Source: Nitrospirota bacterium
GTDB taxonomy: Bacteria; Nitrospirota; Nitrospiria; 2-01-FULL-66-17
Direction of reading: 5' to 3'
NCBI GenBank assembly: GCA_049325335.1
Contig: JBMOMC010000001.1
Span: forward strand, 128,001-192,000
Length of the DNA: 64,000 nucleotides
Positions 43,000 to 52,784 of this stretch are shown in pieces. The number at the start of each line of letters is the position of its first letter. Position 1 is the first letter of the stretch. Made by a program: the position numbers and the translations under genes. The notes under the pieces are model-generated. The model worked only from the letters and a program-made list of their open reading frames with translations, did not search any database and was not told where the DNA came from.

Positions 43000-44075
43000 G
43001 CCGCCTTCTTCCGCGCGTCCGCGGCCGCGACTTCCACGTCATCGGCCCGAATCAACGCGTCCGGCACCAGATCCCGCTTTAACCGTTTCCCCAGCAGCTC
43101 GTGGATGCGCGAGGGCGGCAACCCGCCGTCCGGAGATTTGATCGCGATGTCCGCCTGCCCCAACACCGCGCCGCTCGCGAGCGCCCGGGCCGCGTACAGA
43201 CTCTTGCCCATCTTGGCGCGCGCGTCGCGCTCAAAGTCACGCACCACTTTGGTCCCGTCGCCGAGCGACGCGTCCACGCGCCGCAGATCGCGGATCATCT
43301 TATGGAGGCCGGTCGGCTCGAGCGAAAACTTGTGATCGGTGCCTTTCCACGCGCGGTTCAACGTAAAGTGCTTTTCCACCACCACCGCGCCCAACAAGTA
43401 GGCGACCACCGGCGCAAGGATGCCGTTGTCGTGGCCCGAGTACCCGATGATGGTGGACGGGAACTCGCGCCGCAGCGTGGAGATGGCGCGTAAGTTCAGG
43501 TTTTCGTATTCCGTGGGGTACCCCGCGGTGCAGTGCAAGAGGCAAAATTGATCGTGGTGCGCGCGGATCGCGTCATGCGCGGTGCGGACTTCCTCCAGCG
43601 ACGCCGCGCCGGTGGAGACCACCATGGGTTTGCCCAATTTCGCCACGTAGGTCAGCAGCGGCGTGTTGGTGACGTCGCCGGAGGCGATCTTGTACCCGGC
43701 AATCCCGAGTTTTTCCAGGAAATCCACGCTCGCGAAATCAAACGGCGTGACCAAGAACTCCACCTCGTTGTCCTCGGCGCACGCTTTGAGCTGGACGTAC
43801 TCGTTCCACCCGAACTCCAAAAAGTCCCGGTGCTGTCCGTAGGTGGCGCCGTAGCTGTTCTCGTTGTCGTACGGGCGATCGTACATGGCCTTGGTGTAAA
43901 GGGACTTGTTATCGCGTTTCTGAAATTTCACGGCGTTAACGCCCATGCCCGCCGCGATCTTGATCATGCTAAGCGCGGTCTTGAGATCGCCCTGATGGTT
44001 ATTGCCGATCTCGGCGATGACGTAACACGGTCCTTGTTCGGATACAGTGGTCCGTCCGAGGGTGAATCCCTTCAT
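42996..44075 (-). CDS. neuB: NeuB-family nonulosonate synthase with C-terminal SAF domain
   Basis: IAEIGNNHQGD, VKFQKR, KIASGD, LHCTAGYP, GYSGH, EKHFTL...GTDH. Confidence 0.95.
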   Translation of the reverse strand: MKGFTLGRTTVSEQGPCYVIAEIGNNHQGDLKTALSMIKIAAGMGVNAVKFQKRDNKSLYTKAMYDRPYDNENSYGATYGQHRDFLEFGWNEYVQLKACAEDNEVEFLVTPFDFASVDFLEKLGIAGYKIASGDVTNTPLLTYVAKLGKPMVVSTGAASLEEVRTAHDAIRAHHDQFCLLHCTAGYPTEYENLNLRAISTLRREFPSTIIGYSGHDNGILAPVVAYLLGAVVVEKHFTLNRAWKGTDHKFSLEPTGLHKMIRDLRRVDASLGDGTKVVRDFERDARAKMGKSLYAARALASGAVLGQADIAIKSPDGGLPPSRIHELLGKRLKRDLVPDALIRADDVEVAAADARKKAA

Positions 44076-44257
44076 CGGTCTCCTCCGGTTAACACCCGAC
44101 ACCGCCACTCCCGGTTCTTGCGGCTGCAATCGTGATGCCATCGACAGGTCGCGCCCATTCGCGGATTTCGGTCGAGCCGATCCTCTCGCTAGGTCGTTTT
44201 TGCCGGGTGCTAGGAAAATTGGATCAGACGCCGCTGGCGGCGTCGCTGGACAGCCTG

Positions 44258-45475
44258 CTACCGGAGGAAGTTCAGAAACGACGAGTTGAACAATCGCGAC
44301 GCCATGGTCCGCGTGGCTTGGAGCACGTTCTGCTGGAACATCAGATCCGATACCGCGCGATCCAAATCCACGTCCCCGGTCTCCGAACGGAATCGCGCGG
44401 CCACGACTTTGAGATCCTCGAACGTCGTCACGGTCGCGTCCATCCCATTGAGGCGCGCTCCCACCAGGGCTCGCTCGCTGTTGAGCTGCTCCATCGCCGT
44501 GCTCAAGTCCGTGAGCGCGGTTTCCATCCCGGGAATGTCGTCGTTCTGCAACGCGATTTGCAATCCGGCCACCGCGGATAGAACATCCACGCCTCCGGAC
44601 ACCCCCGCGCCCAGGAACAACCGATCGCCGGGCAAATTTTTCACCACGCTTTCTTGCGCGCCGGTCAACACGGACATCTCATTGGAGTCGCCCAGATAGG
44701 TCCCCGCGGGTTCGTTCGTCCCCGCAGCCAACCCCAACCCGGCGAGCGCCCCGCCCGCGGTCGGACTCACCGCCGACGCGCCGCCGGTCGCATCCGACGT
44801 GATCACCAGATGGTCCGTATCAAACGTCACGCTCACGGACCGCCCCGCGGCCGCCAAGGTGGGATCCGCGTTCACCACGCTCTCCACCATGGTCGCGAGC
44901 GACGCCCCGGTCGCGTACGCGCCGCTGGTGAGCGTCACCGTGGTCGAGACGCCGTCAACCGACAGGGTCAAGTCATCCGTCCCCGGGGCGACGGTCACGG
45001 GAAACGCGAGCGCGGTCCCGGTGTACCGCCCGTTGACCACAAACGGTTGGGTGGACGTTTCGTACCCGGAGAACACGTACCGCCCGTCGTGGACCGTATT
45101 GCCCACCGCCACCATGTGATCGAAGATTTCACTGACCTCGCGAGCCGCGTTGGCGCGATCTTCCGGCGTGTTGGTGCCGTTGATCATCTGCAGCGCCAGT
45201 TCGCGGGCGCGGATCAACTGGTCCTGCGCGGACGATAACGCGCCCTCGCTGGTGGATATCCAGGCCTCCGCGTCCGCGATATTGCGCAGGTACTGGTCGG
45301 CCGAGGCCAGCGTGGTCTCGTAGTTGAGCAGTTGCGCGTGTTTGATCGGATCATCGGAGGGCTGATTGATTTTCTTCCCGCTCGACACCTGATCTTCCAA
45401 ACGCAGCACCGCCGCGGATTGACGCTGCATGTGCCCCACCAAGGACTCGAAGATCATGCGTTCCGAAACGCGCAT
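44258..45475 (-). CDS. flgL: Hook-associated protein FlgL
   Basis: SSGKKINQPSDDP, GRYVFSG, VGARLN, SFLNFLR. Confidence 0.95.
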   Translation of the reverse strand: MRVSERMIFESLVGHMQRQSAAVLRLEDQVSSGKKINQPSDDPIKHAQLLNYETTLASADQYLRNIADAEAWISTSEGALSSAQDQLIRARELALQMINGTNTPEDRANAAREVSEIFDHMVAVGNTVHDGRYVFSGYETSTQPFVVNGRYTGTALAFPVTVAPGTDDLTLSVDGVSTTVTLTSGAYATGASLATMVESVVNADPTLAAAGRSVSVTFDTDHLVITSDATGGASAVSPTAGGALAGLGLAAGTNEPAGTYLGDSNEMSVLTGAQESVVKNLPGDRLFLGAGVSGGVDVLSAVAGLQIALQNDDIPGMETALTDLSTAMEQLNSERALVGARLNGMDATVTTFEDLKVVAARFRSETGDVDLDRAVSDLMFQQNVLQATRTMASRLFNSSFLNFLR

Positions 45476-45523
45476 CCCCCTACCTCGCCGCCCCGCGCCC
45501 GACCGCCCGGCTCACCGGGCCGC

Positions 45524-47173
45524 TCATCGTTTGATCTCCAGCAGGGTCTGCAACAGCTCATCGGCCATCGTGATCAACCGCGCCGAGGCCTCAAACGCTC
45601 GTTGGAAGCGGATCAAGTTGGTCATCTCCTCGTCCAACGACACCCCGGAGGTTTCCTCGCGCATACGGCCCAGTTGTTCCTCGATGATCTGTTGCGCGGA
45701 CAAGCTCCGCTGCGCGGCTTGCGCGTCGGTGCCGACGTCGCTGGTCAACCCGCTGTAAAACGCGTGCATCGTCACCGATCCCAGGGCCGTGACCGCCTGG
45801 TCCTGGATGCGCGCCAACAACACCGCGTTGCCGTTGTCCCCGGGAACACCCGCGGCCGACGACGAGGCCGCGACCTCGTCCGGGTCGCTGAGCGCGACCG
45901 ACATCGCGGCGGCCGTGCCCGCGTGCGCGCTGAGTGTAAACACGTCGCCCGCCGCCGGCGCGCCCGTGACCGCCACGGACAGCCCTTCAAAACCGATGGT
46001 GGTCGGATCGCTGTAGGCGGCGGTGGCGCTCGCCCCGGTGGCCGTGTTGGTGATGGTGTAGTTTCCGCCCGCGAAACTCAGTTGGTACGCGTCGAAGGTC
46101 AGCGCCGACGGGGTGGCGACCGTCACGGTCACGGCCCCGGATCCCGTATTCGCGCTCAGCGCCCGCGCGGTCGGCGCCAGCGGACCGAAAAAGTCGTTGC
46201 CGGTTGATCCGTCGAGCCCGAAACCCGCCCGATGTTGCTGGTTGATTTCGTTCACCAGGCCCGCGGCCAGTTGATCGAGTTGATCGAGATAGCCGGGAAT
46301 CGTGCTGTCGCGAAGATCGAGCAGACCTTTGAGGCGTCCGTCGGTGATCGAGGACATCATGTCAAACGTGGTCCCGGTCCCCGGATCGAAGACGACATCC
46401 AGAAATCCCGCGTTGTCGGGGTCCGCCGCGCCGCGCAAGGGGAACGCTTGGTTCCCTTCGACCAAGGGTTTGCCCCCGCCTACCATCACGGTCATCTGCC
46501 CGCCCGCGTCCTCGAAGGTGTTGATGTCGATCTGTTCGGCCAATTGGTTGATCAACACGCCGCGCGCGTCGCGCAGGTCATTGGCGTGTTGCCCGCGCAG
46601 TTCCGCGCGGTTGATTTCTTCGTTGAGCGACGCGATTCGTGACGCCATCGCGTTGATGTCGGCGATGGTGCCCGCCACGTCCCGGTTGACGTCGGCCTGG
46701 ATCTGACGCAATTGCGAGTTCGCCGCGGTGATGCGCTGCGCCAACGTATCCGCCCGCGCCAACAGCGCCACCCGTTCGGCCCGGCCCTGCGGATTATTCG
46801 AGACGTCCTGCACCGCGGCGAAAAAGTCGGTCAACGCTTGATGCACCCCGGTCCCCCGCGAATCCGCGAACACCGATTCCACGCGGCTCAGAATGCTGCG
46901 CGTGACGTCGAACCGCCCCAAACTCGACTGTTCCGAGGTGAGTTGGTCTTCGACGAACTGATCCACCAACCGACGGATCTCGCCGACTTGCACGCCGGTT
47001 CCGATTTGGCCCGGGCGATCATCGGCCGGGGTGGTGGTTTCAAACACCGGGTTTTGCCGCGAGTAGCCGGGCGTGTTGACGTTGGCGATATTGTGCGAGG
47101 TCACGGACAAGGCGCGCTGCTGGGCGAACAAACTCAGCTTCCCGGTGTTGAAGATGCTGAAAATGCTCGACAC
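45524..47173 (-). CDS. flgK: Hook-associated protein FlgK
   Basis: SHNIANVNTPGYSRQ, SGVSLDEEMTNL..FQRAFEASA. Confidence 0.97.
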   Translation of the reverse strand: MSSIFSIFNTGKLSLFAQQRALSVTSHNIANVNTPGYSRQNPVFETTTPADDRPGQIGTGVQVGEIRRLVDQFVEDQLTSEQSSLGRFDVTRSILSRVESVFADSRGTGVHQALTDFFAAVQDVSNNPQGRAERVALLARADTLAQRITAANSQLRQIQADVNRDVAGTIADINAMASRIASLNEEINRAELRGQHANDLRDARGVLINQLAEQIDINTFEDAGGQMTVMVGGGKPLVEGNQAFPLRGAADPDNAGFLDVVFDPGTGTTFDMMSSITDGRLKGLLDLRDSTIPGYLDQLDQLAAGLVNEINQQHRAGFGLDGSTGNDFFGPLAPTARALSANTGSGAVTVTVATPSALTFDAYQLSFAGGNYTITNTATGASATAAYSDPTTIGFEGLSVAVTGAPAAGDVFTLSAHAGTAAAMSVALSDPDEVAASSSAAGVPGDNGNAVLLARIQDQAVTALGSVTMHAFYSGLTSDVGTDAQAAQRSLSAQQIIEEQLGRMREETSGVSLDEEMTNLIRFQRAFEASARLITMADELLQTLLEIKR

Positions 47174-47175
47174 GC

Positions 47176-47721
47176 CTACCCTCGCCCGAGCGAGCGACCG
47201 CTCACCGTCGTCTCATGGAGCGCGCCGCTGGGCTGGTAGATCGCGCCGGCGCTGGTGAGCCGACGCAGCAGCCCGATCAGCCCGTTGACCCGCGTGAGGA
47301 GCCGATCCGCCACCAGGCCGTTGAGCTGATTGAGTTCGATGATGCCGGCGGTCAACGATTCCAGGCGCGCCTGACAGGATTGCAGTCTGCTCGCGTACGC
47401 CGGAGGGGCGCACGCGATGAGCTCGGATAACGTCCACTCCCGCGAGGCCCGGCCCGCGGACGCGGCCCACGCGGCCACAGCGTCCCGCCGACGCCCCTCC
47501 GCCTCGCGGAGGCGATGCAGCAGGCGCTCCTTCTCGTTCAGGCAGGGCACCACCTCGTCCACCTCGCCTTCCACCATCAGTCGCTTTTCCGCCTGGAGCA
47601 CGGGCAGCAACTGCTGGTGCAGGGCGATCTGCCCCTCCAGGACGACCGTCAAGGTTTCCAACTCCAGGTCCAGCGACCGGCCCTGGGATTCATGTCCATC
47701 GGTTGCGGCTCTCGGCTCCAT
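47176..47721 (-). CDS. flgN: Flagellar chaperone FlgN
   Basis: Between flgM and flgK; TLSELI, ELNQLNG, YQPSG. Confidence 0.75.
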   Translation of the reverse strand: MEPRAATDGHESQGRSLDLELETLTVVLEGQIALHQQLLPVLQAEKRLMVEGEVDEVVPCLNEKERLLHRLREAEGRRRDAVAAWAASAGRASREWTLSELIACAPPAYASRLQSCQARLESLTAGIIELNQLNGLVADRLLTRVNGLIGLLRRLTSAGAIYQPSGALHETTVSGRSLGRG

Positions 47722-47755
47722 GCGTGTCTCGTGGGGTCCCTTCGTGCGTGGGTGA

Positions 47756-48061
47756 TTAGAGCAGGCGGTCGAAAATCGCGGCGCGAACCAAGCCGTCCGC
47801 AATGTCCTCGTTCGTTGCCGCATAGGAGCCGTCCGCCACCCGTTGGGCAATGGCGTCCACGCGTTCGACGCGCGGGTCCGACGCCGCCGCGTCGAGACGA
47901 TGCGTCGAGCCCTCCTTGGCTTGCACGGAGAGATCAATGCGGTCGCCCGCGTCCGGCCGGTGACCGACCGGTTCTTCGTATTGTCCTTTTTTGGCCACTC
48001 CCTTGTTCCCGGGGAGCGACGTTTCCACCACTCGAAATGGGTTCTGGCCGGGTATTCTCAT
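47756..48061 (-). CDS. flgM: Anti-sigma28 factor FlgM
   Basis: DRIDLS, RVERVDAIAQRVADGSY..IADGL. Confidence 0.85.
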   Translation of the reverse strand: MRIPGQNPFRVVETSLPGNKGVAKKGQYEEPVGHRPDAGDRIDLSVQAKEGSTHRLDAAASDPRVERVDAIAQRVADGSYAATNEDIADGLVRAAIFDRLL

Positions 48062-48117
48062 GGCTGCCCCCTCATGCTCGCGCGCACCGATGCCTCCCTA
48101 AACCAAGGCTTATCTGC

Positions 48118-48144
48118 GTATCGGACGGTCCGACTCAAAACTTA
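48118..48144 (-). promoter_or_regulatory. Sigma28 promoter of flgM
   Basis: TAAG-N15-TCCGATAC. Confidence 0.7.
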
Positions 48145-48432
48145 AGGCCCATTTTCGCCCGTGCCCCGATCCAGCAGGGCCTGGGTGAGCCCGATGCCCC
48201 CGGCTTTGGCCACGGCATCGGCCAGGGCCTGGTCGGTCAAGGACTGAAACACCCCCCCGCCGAGGCCTTCGCCCCCCATACCGCCGCCGGGAATGGTCTC
48301 GCGCATTTCCTGTAAGAGGAGCTGGACCAAATAGGCTTCAAACTCGTGCGCCGCGCGGGCCAGGGCGCGGCCGCTCTCCGGAGGCTGCGCCCCGCCGAAC
48401 GCGCCCACGCCGGGTACCCCAGGGATCATCAT
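48142..48432 (-). CDS. flgJ: FlgJ, rod-binding domain only
   Basis: AAHEFEAYLVQLLLQEMR, GGIGL. Confidence 0.85.
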   Translation of the reverse strand: MMIPGVPGVGAFGGAQPPESGRALARAAHEFEAYLVQLLLQEMRETIPGGGMGGEGLGGGVFQSLTDQALADAVAKAGGIGLTQALLDRGTGENGP

Positions 48433-49553
48433 AAGATCTCCAGATCCGCGTGCAATGCGCCGGCCGCCTGCATCGCTTGTAAGATGGCGATCAAGTCCCG
48501 CGGGCTGACCCCGATGGCGTTTAACCCCCGCACCACGTCCCCGATGCTGGTGCCTTCCGGCAACATGATGACCTGCGCGTCGTCTTCGGTCACGTCGGTT
48601 TGCCGCCTAGGCGTGACCACGGTTTGTCCGGTCTCGGAAAACGGCGAGGGCTGGGACACCGTCAACTCGGTTTTCACCCGGATCGTCAAGTTCCCGTGCG
48701 AGACCGCGACGTCCGCGATTCGGACGTGCTCCCCCATGACAATGGTGCCGGTTCGTTCGTTGACCACCACTTTGGCCGGCAGATCCACTTCGACATCCAA
48801 GTTCTCGATCTCCGCGACCAACGCCACCACCCGCCCGCGGTACGCATCCGGCACGCGCAGGCTCACCGCGCCCGAGTCCGCGGCCATCGCCGACACGCCG
48901 TCTCCGAGCCGGGTGTTGATCGCCGCGGCCATCCTGGTAGCGGTGGTGAAATCTTGTTGACGCAACAACAACGTCAGCGATGAACGGTCGCCGAGATCCA
49001 GCGGCACCGCGCGTTCTACCACCGCCCCTCCGGCAATGCGGCCCACAGTCGGATGGTTTTTCTGGACCGTGTCCCCGTCTTTGCCCCCAAGGAACCCCCC
49101 GATCGAGACCGGACCTTGCGCCACGGCATACACCTGCTGATCCGGCCCTTGCAACGGCGTCAAGAGTAGGGTCCCGCCCTGGAGACTGGTGGCGTCGCCC
49201 ACCGAGGAAACCACGATGTCCACGCGGCTCCCGGGCTTCATGAACGGCGGTAATTTGGCCGTCACCACCACCGCGGCGATGTTTTTGACTTTGATCGCGC
49301 TGGCGTCGACCGCCACGCCCATTTTATTGAGCATGCTCGACAAACTCTGAACCGTGAACAACGTCCCGGTTTTATCGCCGGTGCCGTTGAGCCCGATCAT
49401 CAAGCCGTACCCGATCAACGCGTTTTCCCGCACGCCGGCCACGGTGGCCAAATCCTTGATCCGCGCGGCCTCGGCCGGATGCCCCATCGAAAGGGTCAGC
49501 AGCGCGCCGATGGCCATCGTCAGCCATCGCCCACGTGAACCACTTGAACGCAT
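48429..49553 (-). CDS. flgI: P-ring protein FlgI
   Basis: RIKDL, GYGLMIGLNGTGD, SLQGGTLLLTPL, VVVNERTGTIV; CAGGAG SD. Confidence 0.97.
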   Translation of the reverse strand: MRSSGSRGRWLTMAIGALLTLSMGHPAEAARIKDLATVAGVRENALIGYGLMIGLNGTGDKTGTLFTVQSLSSMLNKMGVAVDASAIKVKNIAAVVVTAKLPPFMKPGSRVDIVVSSVGDATSLQGGTLLLTPLQGPDQQVYAVAQGPVSIGGFLGGKDGDTVQKNHPTVGRIAGGAVVERAVPLDLGDRSSLTLLLRQQDFTTATRMAAAINTRLGDGVSAMAADSGAVSLRVPDAYRGRVVALVAEIENLDVEVDLPAKVVVNERTGTIVMGEHVRIADVAVSHGNLTIRVKTELTVSQPSPFSETGQTVVTPRRQTDVTEDDAQVIMLPEGTSIGDVVRGLNAIGVSPRDLIAILQAMQAAGALHADLEIL

Positions 49554-49578
49554 TGAACTCCTGTTGTCTTGCGCGCCT

Positions 49579-49606
49579 GTAGGGACGTATAGCCATACGC
49601 CCCTAC
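49579..49606. repeat. GTAG-type REP-like palindrome
   Basis: GTAGGGACGTAT-agcc-ATACGCCCCTAC. Confidence 0.6.
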
Positions 49607-49630
49607 GAAAACCGTGAGCACGCAAAGCCG

Positions 49631-49668
49631 AGCGGCAACGCCGCAGATGGCCCGTCATGAACAGGCTC
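49631..49668. repeat. Right-end fragment of the repeat family seen at 15246-15363
   Basis: Identical 22-mer plus TCATGAACAGGCTC versus TCATGGACGGGCTC. Confidence 0.6.
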
Positions 49669-49674
49669 CTACCC

Positions 49675-50379
49675 CTAGAACGGCCATATCCAATCCAAGA
49701 TTCGCACCAGCCATCCCGGACGTTGCGTATCGCTGACCACGCCGGCGCCGGTGTATTCGATGCGCGCGTCCGCGATCACGGTGGACAACACGCGGTTGCG
49801 CGGCCCGATGTCTTGCGGCCGAATCACGCCGCTCACCCAAATGCGTTCGCGTTCATCGTTGATCAACACTTCGCGCCAGCCTTCGATGGCCATATTCCCG
49901 TTCGGCAGCACCTGGGTCACCGTGGCGGTCACGTCCGCGGTGAGCGCGCCGCTTCGGCTGGTGGCGCCCGACCCGTCGAACGCGCCCGCAAAACTCGCGT
50001 CGGCCTGGAGCCGATTCGCCGTGCCAGCGGGGATTCCCAGAAACGAGTCGGTGCCCGCCGTCACCGTGGACGAGCGCTCGGCCGCGGTTTTCGCACCCTT
50101 GGAGCCCTGAGCGTTTTCCACGATCCGGACCGTCACCACGTCGCCCACGCGACCGGCCTTGGTGTCTTGAAACAAAAACAACGGCGCGCCCGCGCCGGGC
50201 CACAAGGACCCGTCGGTTGCGGGCGCCGCCGCCGTGGTCTGTTGCTGGGAAAACACCCGCGGCTGTGCCGTAGGCGCTGGCCTCGCGGACGGCGCGGCCG
50301 CGCACCCGCCGACCACCGCGGCCAGCGCGAGGCTCGCCGCGATCCGGGTGATGCGTTCGGCGTCCGTCCGCGGTGTCAT
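49675..50379 (-). CDS. flgH: L-ring protein FlgH
   Basis: Lipobox VGGC, GSLW, VGDVVTV, VLPNGN, GVIRPQDI, IADARIEY, PGWL...WPF. Confidence 0.96.
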   Translation of the reverse strand: MTPRTDAERITRIAASLALAAVVGGCAAAPSARPAPTAQPRVFSQQQTTAAAPATDGSLWPGAGAPLFLFQDTKAGRVGDVVTVRIVENAQGSKGAKTAAERSSTVTAGTDSFLGIPAGTANRLQADASFAGAFDGSGATSRSGALTADVTATVTQVLPNGNMAIEGWREVLINDERERIWVSGVIRPQDIGPRNRVLSTVIADARIEYTGAGVVSDTQRPGWLVRILDWIWPF

Positions 50380-51101
50380 TCCCCAAACGCCTCCACCAAC
50401 ACGGTCCCGGGGTCCACCACGCGACCGTACACGACTTTGCGGGACTCCTCATTGGCGACCGGAATGTGCGCGCCCAGTCGCCCATCCTCCTTGGCCCGCC
50501 CGATCGCCAGGATCGTCAAATTCCCGCTCCGGACCCTGACCGTCACGCGGTCGCCCCGTTGGATCACCGGGGGGTCCTCCACCGCGTCCACGGTGATCGG
50601 ACGGTTCTTGCCGATTGACCGCGTCAACCGCTTGCCGATCAACGCGTCCGGCGAATCCGTCACCGCGTCAACGCCCGGTTGCACCAAGGCGGTGTGCACC
50701 TCCAGGTCCTCGGCGCCGATCACATGGAACCGATTCAGGCGCCGCGCCGCCATCACCACCCGTCCCACGCGCTCCACGTCCACGCTGAGCACTCGCGATG
50801 CCGCGCGACCATTGTCCGCGGCCGTGCGCACCACAAACGCGGTCCGTCCCAGCAAAGCGCCGGGTTTGGCTTCTTGCACGCCAATGACCTTCGCCCCGGA
50901 TGACGCCGCGTTCGCGGGGTCGGGACTCACGGTCCGGACGCGAATCTCCGACGCGTCCACGTCGAGTTGCTCCGCCACGTACGCGGCGATCGCGGACGTG
51001 GGGTCGGACGAGGCCCACGCGGCGGCAACACCCACGTTGAGGCTCGCGGCGCACACGGCCGCGGCGAGCCAACCCGGTTTCACGCGCGCGGGGCTCATCA
51101 T
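50376..51101 (-). CDS. flgA: P-ring assembly chaperone FlgA
   Basis: SAF domain, IQRGDRV, GRAKEDG, NEESRKVV. Confidence 0.88.
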   Translation of the reverse strand: MMSPARVKPGWLAAAVCAASLNVGVAAAWASSDPTSAIAAYVAEQLDVDASEIRVRTVSPDPANAASSGAKVIGVQEAKPGALLGRTAFVVRTAADNGRAASRVLSVDVERVGRVVMAARRLNRFHVIGAEDLEVHTALVQPGVDAVTDSPDALIGKRLTRSIGKNRPITVDAVEDPPVIQRGDRVTVRVRSGNLTILAIGRAKEDGRLGAHIPVANEESRKVVYGRVVDPGTVLVEAFGE

Positions 51102-51883
51102 CGCTTCAGGTTGTTGACCATCCCCAACATCTCGTCGGTGGTCTGGATGGCCTTGGCGTTGACCTCGTACGCGCGTTGGGCAATGATCATGTTGACCATC
51201 TCCTCCGCGATGTTCACGTTCGATCCCTCGATCGCGCCCTGGAGCACGGTCCCCAGTCCGCTCTGACCCGGCGCGCCTGTCACCGCTTCTCCGGACGCCG
51301 GGGTCACCTCAAACAGATTTTTCCCCATGCTACTGAGCCCGGCCGGATTCGTGAACCGAGCCAATTCCAGCACGCCGACCTGCGTGGGCGCGGCGCCGCC
51401 CGACTGCACCACGGAGATCACCCCGCCGGTTGAAATGGTGATGGTCTTGGTATCCGCCGGGATCGTGATATTGGGCAGGATGGCGTACCCGTCCGCCGTG
51501 ACCAGCCGTCCGTCCGAATCAACCTTGAGCGAGCCGGCCCGCGTGTACCCGGTGGACCCGTCCGGCATCGTGACCTGAAACAGGCCGTCGCCTTCAATGG
51601 CCAGATCCAACGGGCTATCGGTCTGTTGCAGCTCGCCTTGCCCGAACCGGCGATGCACCGCCACCGGGCGAACCCCGGAGCCCACCTGGATGCCGACCGG
51701 CAAGGTCCCGCTCTCGGTCACGCTTCCCGGCGCCTTGAACGTTTGATAAAACAGGTCCTGGAACTCCCCGGTGCTTTTCTTAAATCCCACCGTGGACATG
51801 TTCGCCAGGTTGTTGGCGATCACTTCCACCTGCAACTGCTGCGCGGTCATGCCCGTACTGGCGATGGTGAGTGCTCGTAACAT
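51098..51883 (-). CDS. flgG: Distal rod protein FlgG
   Basis: IANNLANMSTVGFKK, FQDLFYQ, EGSNVNIAEEMVNMIIAQRAYE. Confidence 0.97.
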   Translation of the reverse strand: MLRALTIASTGMTAQQLQVEVIANNLANMSTVGFKKSTGEFQDLFYQTFKAPGSVTESGTLPVGIQVGSGVRPVAVHRRFGQGELQQTDSPLDLAIEGDGLFQVTMPDGSTGYTRAGSLKVDSDGRLVTADGYAILPNITIPADTKTITISTGGVISVVQSGGAAPTQVGVLELARFTNPAGLSSMGKNLFEVTPASGEAVTGAPGQSGLGTVLQGAIEGSNVNIAEEMVNMIIAQRAYEVNAKAIQTTDEMLGMVNNLKR

Positions 51884-51893
51884 GTGCTCTCCT

Positions 51894-52628
51894 TTACGCG
51901 GTGCGACCGACTTCGTTCACGGCCTTGCCCACCACTGCGTCGGTGGTCTGTATCGCCCGTTGCGCGGCCTCGTACAACCTCATGACTTCGATCATGGCGG
52001 TCATTTCCGCCACGGGATTGACGTTCGACGACTCCAACGCGCCCGGACGGATCCGGCCGACCACCTCGGTTTCGCTTTGGCCCCCGCCCTCGAACACATT
52101 GTCCCCCACCTTGCGCAGGCGCGTCGGATCACTCACTTCCACCACCCGCACCGTATCCACCTCGGCGCCGTCCACCGTCATGCGCCCGTCCGAGTCCACC
52201 GCGACGGTCCCGACCGGCAAGGTGATCGCGCCGCCGCTTCCCAACACGGGATACCCGCTCATGGTCACGACACGTCCTTCGGTGTCGAGCGTGAAGTGAC
52301 CGTCCCGCGTGTACCGCGGACCATTCGGCGTCTCCACCACGAAGAACCCCTCCCCGTCGATCGCCAGATCCAGCGGATCGCCGGTGGTGCGTATGGCGCC
52401 GGGCCCAAAATCCGTGGCGACCATCGCCAACGCGTTGAAGACCGGCGGCACCTCGGCGGATGGCGTCTCCGCGCCGACCAACCCGGCGCCGGCAGCTTGC
52501 ACCACGCCGAACACCGCGTGGTCGCGCTTAAACCCGGTCGTGTTCAGATTGGCCAGGTTGTTCGTGATGAGTTCCAGTCGCTTCTCCTGGGCCATGGCCC
52601 CGGACAGGACCGGATACGCGCCTTCCAT
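51894..52628 (-). CDS. flgF: Proximal rod protein FlgF
   Basis: NNLANLNTTGFKRD, TGDPLDLAIDGEGFF, YTRDGHF, LESSNVNPV. Confidence 0.93.
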   Translation of the reverse strand: MEGAYPVLSGAMAQEKRLELITNNLANLNTTGFKRDHAVFGVVQAAGAGLVGAETPSAEVPPVFNALAMVATDFGPGAIRTTGDPLDLAIDGEGFFVVETPNGPRYTRDGHFTLDTEGRVVTMSGYPVLGSGGAITLPVGTVAVDSDGRMTVDGAEVDTVRVVEVSDPTRLRKVGDNVFEGGGQSETEVVGRIRPGALESSNVNPVAEMTAMIEVMRLYEAAQRAIQTTDAVVGKAVNEVGRTA

Positions 52629-52669
52629 CGAAGCCTCCTCGCAACGCCCGAGCAACCGGTCGGAGCTAG

Positions 52670-52685
52670 AGCAACTTCAATGCCA
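52670..52685 (-). promoter_or_regulatory. Sigma54 -24/-12 promoter of the flgF operon
   Basis: TGGCATTGAAGTTGCT (GG-N10-GC). Confidence 0.75.
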
Positions 52686-52784
52686 GGAATACACGCGCGG
52701 GAGGAGGTCCTGGATGCGCGTCGCGAACGGCGCGTGTGCACCGCTCGGCAGATTTTGCCGATCAGCCCGGTAGGCCCTGCCGGG

